From Thermoplasmata archaeon (GTDB lineage Archaea > Thermoplasmatota > Thermoplasmata > Lutacidiplasmatales > UBA184): a DNA stretch of 64,000 bases. Location: contig JAKIVS010000009.1 of NCBI GenBank assembly GCA_022750435.1, forward strand, positions 6,909 to 70,908, written 5' to 3'. Both the position numbers and the translations under genes were made by a program. This document shows, one piece after another, positions 61,138 through 64,000 of this stretch; the stretch's first letter is position 1; each line of letters starts with the position of its first letter. The notes beneath the pieces were generated by a model. That model saw only the letters and a program-made list of their open reading frames with translations. It made no database searches and was not told the DNA's origin.

Positions 61138-61508
61138 GTCCGACCTCGGCGAGGAGCCGGACCCACGGGGTCCGTCGGTCTCCGCTGCCCGCCGCTACGG
61201 TGGTCCGTCCGACCTGGCGGGCCGGGTGCGGTTCTGGCCTCCGAGGAACCTCGTAGGTACGGCGCGCAAATTCGGTCGTCCGGTCTCGGCTTGCCCAGTC
61301 GTTCCAGCCGCTCATGAAACCACCCATGGGTCCGCCGACCCATCCCCCGGGCGCACGGAGGGGACTCACGAGGAGTGAGGGCTCGTAGGGAGCTCGCGGC
61401 GGGCCTGCCACGACCTCCTGGGAGCCGCGGCGCGCCGCCGTTCCGAATGGCTCGTCGGGAAACCCTATCTACGCTCGGCCGTCCCCGAACCCGGACGGTC
61501 GAAATCGG

Positions 61509-62504
61509 ATGGCGGACGCGACGTCGGACGCGATCTGGGTCGAGAAGTACCGACCCCACTCGCTCGCCGACATGGTCGGGCAGGAAGGGGTCGTTCCGCT
61601 GCTTCGGGCGTACGCCAGCCGACGCTCGCTCCCCCACCTCCTGTTCGCGGGAGCCCCCGGCACCGGCAAGACGACCGCGGCGCTCGCGCTGGCCCACGAC
61701 CTGCTGGGCGAAGAGTGGCGACAGAACTTCCTCGAGCTCAACGCCTCGGACGAGCGGGGAATCGACACCGTGCGAACGACGATCAAGGGGTACGCCCGCT
61801 CCGCCCCGATCGGCGGCGTCGGGTTCAAGCTGCTGTTCCTCGATGAGGCGGACAACCTGACGAGCGAGGCGCAGGGGTCGCTCCGCCGCATGATGGAACG
61901 GTACTCCTCCGCGTGCCGGTTCATCCTCTCCTGCAACTACTCCAGCCGGATCATCGAGCCGATCCAATCCCGATGCGCGGTGTTCCGATTCCGGGGACTC
62001 TCGGCCCCCGAGATGCGCCGCCAGCTCGGGCGCGTCGCCGAGGGCGAGAAGCTGACCGTCAGCGAGGACGCCTACACGGCGATCTTCGAGCAGGCGGACG
62101 GGGACCTCCGCCGGGCCACGAATCTGCTGCAGCTGGCCGCCGCTTCGGGCGGCCCGGTCGCCCGCTCCTCCGTCGAGGGAGCGACCACCCAGCCGATCCG
62201 CCCCGAGGTCGAGGCGATGGTCGTGCTCGCGATCGAGGGGAGGTTCTTCGACGCGCGGGAGCGTCTCTACCGGCTGTTCGTCGACCGCGGCGCGAGCGGC
62301 GAGGACATCCTGCGCGCCGTGCACCGGTACCTCCCCGACCTCCCCGAGACGACGATCGCGACCCGGGAGAAGATCGCCCTCGTCGACCATCTTGGCGAGG
62401 TCGACTTCCGGCTCGCGCAGGGAGCCTCGGAGCGCGTGCAGCTCGAGAGCGTTCTCGCCCGACTCGCGCTGCTCCGGGCTCCGCCGAGCGGACGCACCGG
62501 ATGA
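61509..62504 (+). CDS. rfcS: Replication factor C small subunit
   Basis: 331 aa. WVEKYRP, GAPGTGKTT, LDEADNLT, SCNYSSRIIEPIQSRC and GDLRRA are present. There is no intein. Confidence 0.94.
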   Translation: MADATSDAIWVEKYRPHSLADMVGQEGVVPLLRAYASRRSLPHLLFAGAPGTGKTTAALALAHDLLGEEWRQNFLELNASDERGIDTVRTTIKGYARSAPIGGVGFKLLFLDEADNLTSEAQGSLRRMMERYSSACRFILSCNYSSRIIEPIQSRCAVFRFRGLSAPEMRRQLGRVAEGEKLTVSEDAYTAIFEQADGDLRRATNLLQLAAASGGPVARSSVEGATTQPIRPEVEAMVVLAIEGRFFDARERLYRLFVDRGASGEDILRAVHRYLPDLPETTIATREKIALVDHLGEVDFRLAQGASERVQLESVLARLALLRAPPSGRTG

Positions 62505-62950
62505 CGCAGCAGCGCCGGATCCACACGAAGCCGCTCCTCTTCCGCCGCGCGCTAGTCGAGGGCTCCCTCTCCGTCCGCCCGGCGACGGCGAAGGCGATCC
62601 GCGCGGGGCGCGTGAAGAAGGGGGACCCGTTCGCCGCCGGCGAACTCGCGGGGATCCTCGCGATGAAGCGGACGCCCGAGCTCATTCCGCACTGCCATCC
62701 GGTTCCGTTGACCGGGACGCGCGTCGAGCTCCGCCTGGCGGGGGGAAAGGTGCGCGTCCTGGCCGAGGCCGAAGCGGTCTACCGGACGGGGGTAGAGATG
62801 GAGGCGCTCGTCGGCGCCACCATCGCGCTGCTGACCGTTTGGGACATGGTCAAATACCTGGAGAAGGACCGCCGCGGCGGGTATCCGACGACGCGACTCG
62901 GGCCGGTCACCGTCGTCCGCAAGGAGAAGCACCGGGGAGCGAAACGATGA
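62501..62950 (+). CDS. moaC: Cyclic pyranopterin monophosphate synthase MoaC
   Basis: Starts at ATG 62501, overlapping the rfcS stop (ATGA). KGDPFAAGELAGILAMKRTPELIPHCHP and GVEMEALVGATIALLTVWDMVK are present. Confidence 0.9.
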   Translation: MTQQRRIHTKPLLFRRALVEGSLSVRPATAKAIRAGRVKKGDPFAAGELAGILAMKRTPELIPHCHPVPLTGTRVELRLAGGKVRVLAEAEAVYRTGVEMEALVGATIALLTVWDMVKYLEKDRRGGYPTTRLGPVTVVRKEKHRGAKR

Positions 62951-63471
62951 GCGATCCCACCTCCCCCCCGACCTCCGGGCGGCACCATCTCGGCGGAACC
63001 CGCGCGATCCGATTCGGGATCCTCTCCGTCTCCGACACGCACACGGAGGACGACGACGTCTCCGGCGAACTCGCCAAGACCCTCCTGACCGCCTCGGGCC
63101 ACCCGGTCGCCGCCTACCACCTCGTGGCGAACTCCGTCGCCGATGTCCGGGACGCGCTCCAGCCGTGGCTCGACGGCCGCGACGTCGAGGCGATTCTGAC
63201 GATCGGCGGAACCGGCGCGAGCTCGCGCGACCTCACGGTGAACGCGCTGGAGACCATGGGGGGGCGCGTGCTTCCGGGGTTCGGGGAGTTGTACCGGTCC
63301 CTGAGCTTCGCCGAGGTCGGCCCGCTCGCGCTCCTCAGCCGGGCGACCTTGTTCGTCGTGAAACTGAAACCGGTGTTCGCCCTTCCGGGCTCCGAGCGCG
63401 CCGTCCGGACGGCCCTCGAACGATTGGTCGTACCGTCCGTCCAGCACCTGGTGGAAGAACTCGAGCGCTGA
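62947..63471 (+). CDS. moaB: Molybdenum cofactor biosynthesis protein MoaB/MogA family
   Basis: Starts at ATG 62947, overlapping the moaC stop (ATGA). ILSVSDT, ILTIGGTGASSRD and FALPGSERA are present. Confidence 0.85.
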   Translation: MSDPTSPPTSGRHHLGGTRAIRFGILSVSDTHTEDDDVSGELAKTLLTASGHPVAAYHLVANSVADVRDALQPWLDGRDVEAILTIGGTGASSRDLTVNALETMGGRVLPGFGELYRSLSFAEVGPLALLSRATLFVVKLKPVFALPGSERAVRTALERLVVPSVQHLVEELER

Positions 63472-63491
63472 GCGTCGCGGCCCGACGCGTC

Positions 63492-64000
63492 CTACGCCGG
63501 CGTGGCCCGCTTCGCCGTCCGCACCGAGAGGGCCCCGAGGGCGGGGGGTCCGGGGTCGAGGACCTGCAGGGGAAGTCCCTGCGCCCGGCAGAAGTCGCCC
63601 CACGCCGGGTTGGAATCGATGTGGTGCGCCAACAGAAGCCCGTTGGGCGCGAGGGCGTCCCACGCGTGGTGCAGCTCGAACCGGGCCCGGTCCGGGTCCG
63701 GACCGTTGTCGGAGAAGAACAGGTCGGTCGCGTGCTCCGGTCGCACGATGTCGGCGAGCCTCTCCTCGGTGTTGCCGAGCACGAGGGTCCACCGGGGTCG
63801 GAGGGAGAGCGGAACGAACGAGCCGACGGGGATCGCCCCGAGACCGCGCGACCGGCCGTTCGGCGAGCCAGGCCCCAGTGAGAACAATTCGCCCTTCCCG
63901 TTCGCCTCGAGCCCCGCGAGGATCCACGTCGAGGAGTATCCGGGTCCGACGCCGGTCTCGACGACGCGCTGCGGGCGCGCGGCCCGGACGAGGAGGTAGA
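63492..64000 (-). CDS. Class I SAM-dependent methyltransferase (Methyltransf_24-like), 3' part; gene runs off the right edge
   Basis: The track lists 63492..63887, but the same frame stays open to 64000. Own translation gives YLLVRAARPQRVVETGVGPGYSSTWILAGLEANGKGELFSLGPG..., which contains SAM motif I (E-x-G-x-G-x-G). The protein resembles 16063..16941. Confidence 0.65.
   Translation of the reverse strand, partial: YLLVRAARPQRVVETGVGPGYSSTWILAGLEANGKGELFSLGPGSPNGRSRGLGAIPVGSFVPLSLRPRWTLVLGNTEERLADIVRPEHATDLFFSDNGPDPDRARFELHHAWDALAPNGLLLAHHIDSNPAWGDFCRAQGLPLQVLDPGPPALGALSVRTAKRATPA

Noticed and set aside
61127-61411. 94-aa minus-strand ORF in the gap before rfcS
   Set aside because: Its GC3 bias is weaker than in neighbouring genes and its composition is W/R/G/P-rich, with no motif. 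It is kept only as a possibility under the gap finding.
1-64000. Search for CRISPR arrays, IS elements, integrases, prophage or defence-system genes
   Set aside because: I saw no regularly spaced direct repeats and no transposase, integrase, nuclease or large-ATPase-like ORFs. The window looks like core chromosome. This is a by-eye assessment only.

Overview
This is a very GC-rich, densely packed chromosomal segment (GC judged by eye, not computed). It is clearly archaeal: FEN1, RFC small subunit, Kae1, archaeosine tRNA-guanine transglycosylase, Taw1 and Trm5, Sec61-beta, geranylgeranyl reductase, archaeal-type ApgM, and a class-III-signal-peptide pilin-like protein are all present. The proteins are Arg-rich rather than acidic, so this is not a haloarchaeon. 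A high-GC Thermoplasmatota-like euryarchaeote is my low-confidence guess. I support about 58 protein genes. These include two conserved genes too short for the supplied ORF track (Sec61-beta and a TRASH/YHS metallochaperone) and two genes truncated at the window edges. Many neighbouring genes are joined by 4-nt ATGA/GTGA start-stop overlaps. I recognised no rRNA, tRNA, CRISPR array, transposase, integrase or defence gene. All family calls come from motif recognition by eye; no database search was possible. Because of the GC content, every real gene is shadowed by long stop-free frames (up to 1347 aa), which I rejected. Recognisable blocks are: (1) a CBS, cystathionine gamma-lyase, CysRS and MDR dehydrogenase operon; (2) an acyl-CoA cluster (fused HBD/ECH, ACAD, CaiB-type CoA-transferase, ACS); (3) a glycosylation island (GT2, GT4, GT2-like, a giant GT-C-like membrane protein, GT4); (4) copper export (TRASH chaperone plus TRASH-CopA); (5) rfcS-moaC-moaB. 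The most interesting candidates are listed in order. First, a ribbon-helix-helix protein is followed by a C-terminally truncated FtsZ/tubulin-like GTPase (4452-5920). Second, a 407-aa protein is built almost entirely of 17-residue bactofilin-like windings and sits with a wHTH gene and an upstream inverted repeat (49770-51385). Third, sequon-rich surface proteins carry cytoplasmic tails ending in zinc ribbons (32846-36280 and 9303-10397), and one of them lies next to a giant type-IV-pilin-like protein. Fourth, small AT-rich TATA-like islands recur about 23-30 nt from start codons, sometimes serving two divergent genes. This implies mostly leaderless transcripts and lets several starts be re-placed.
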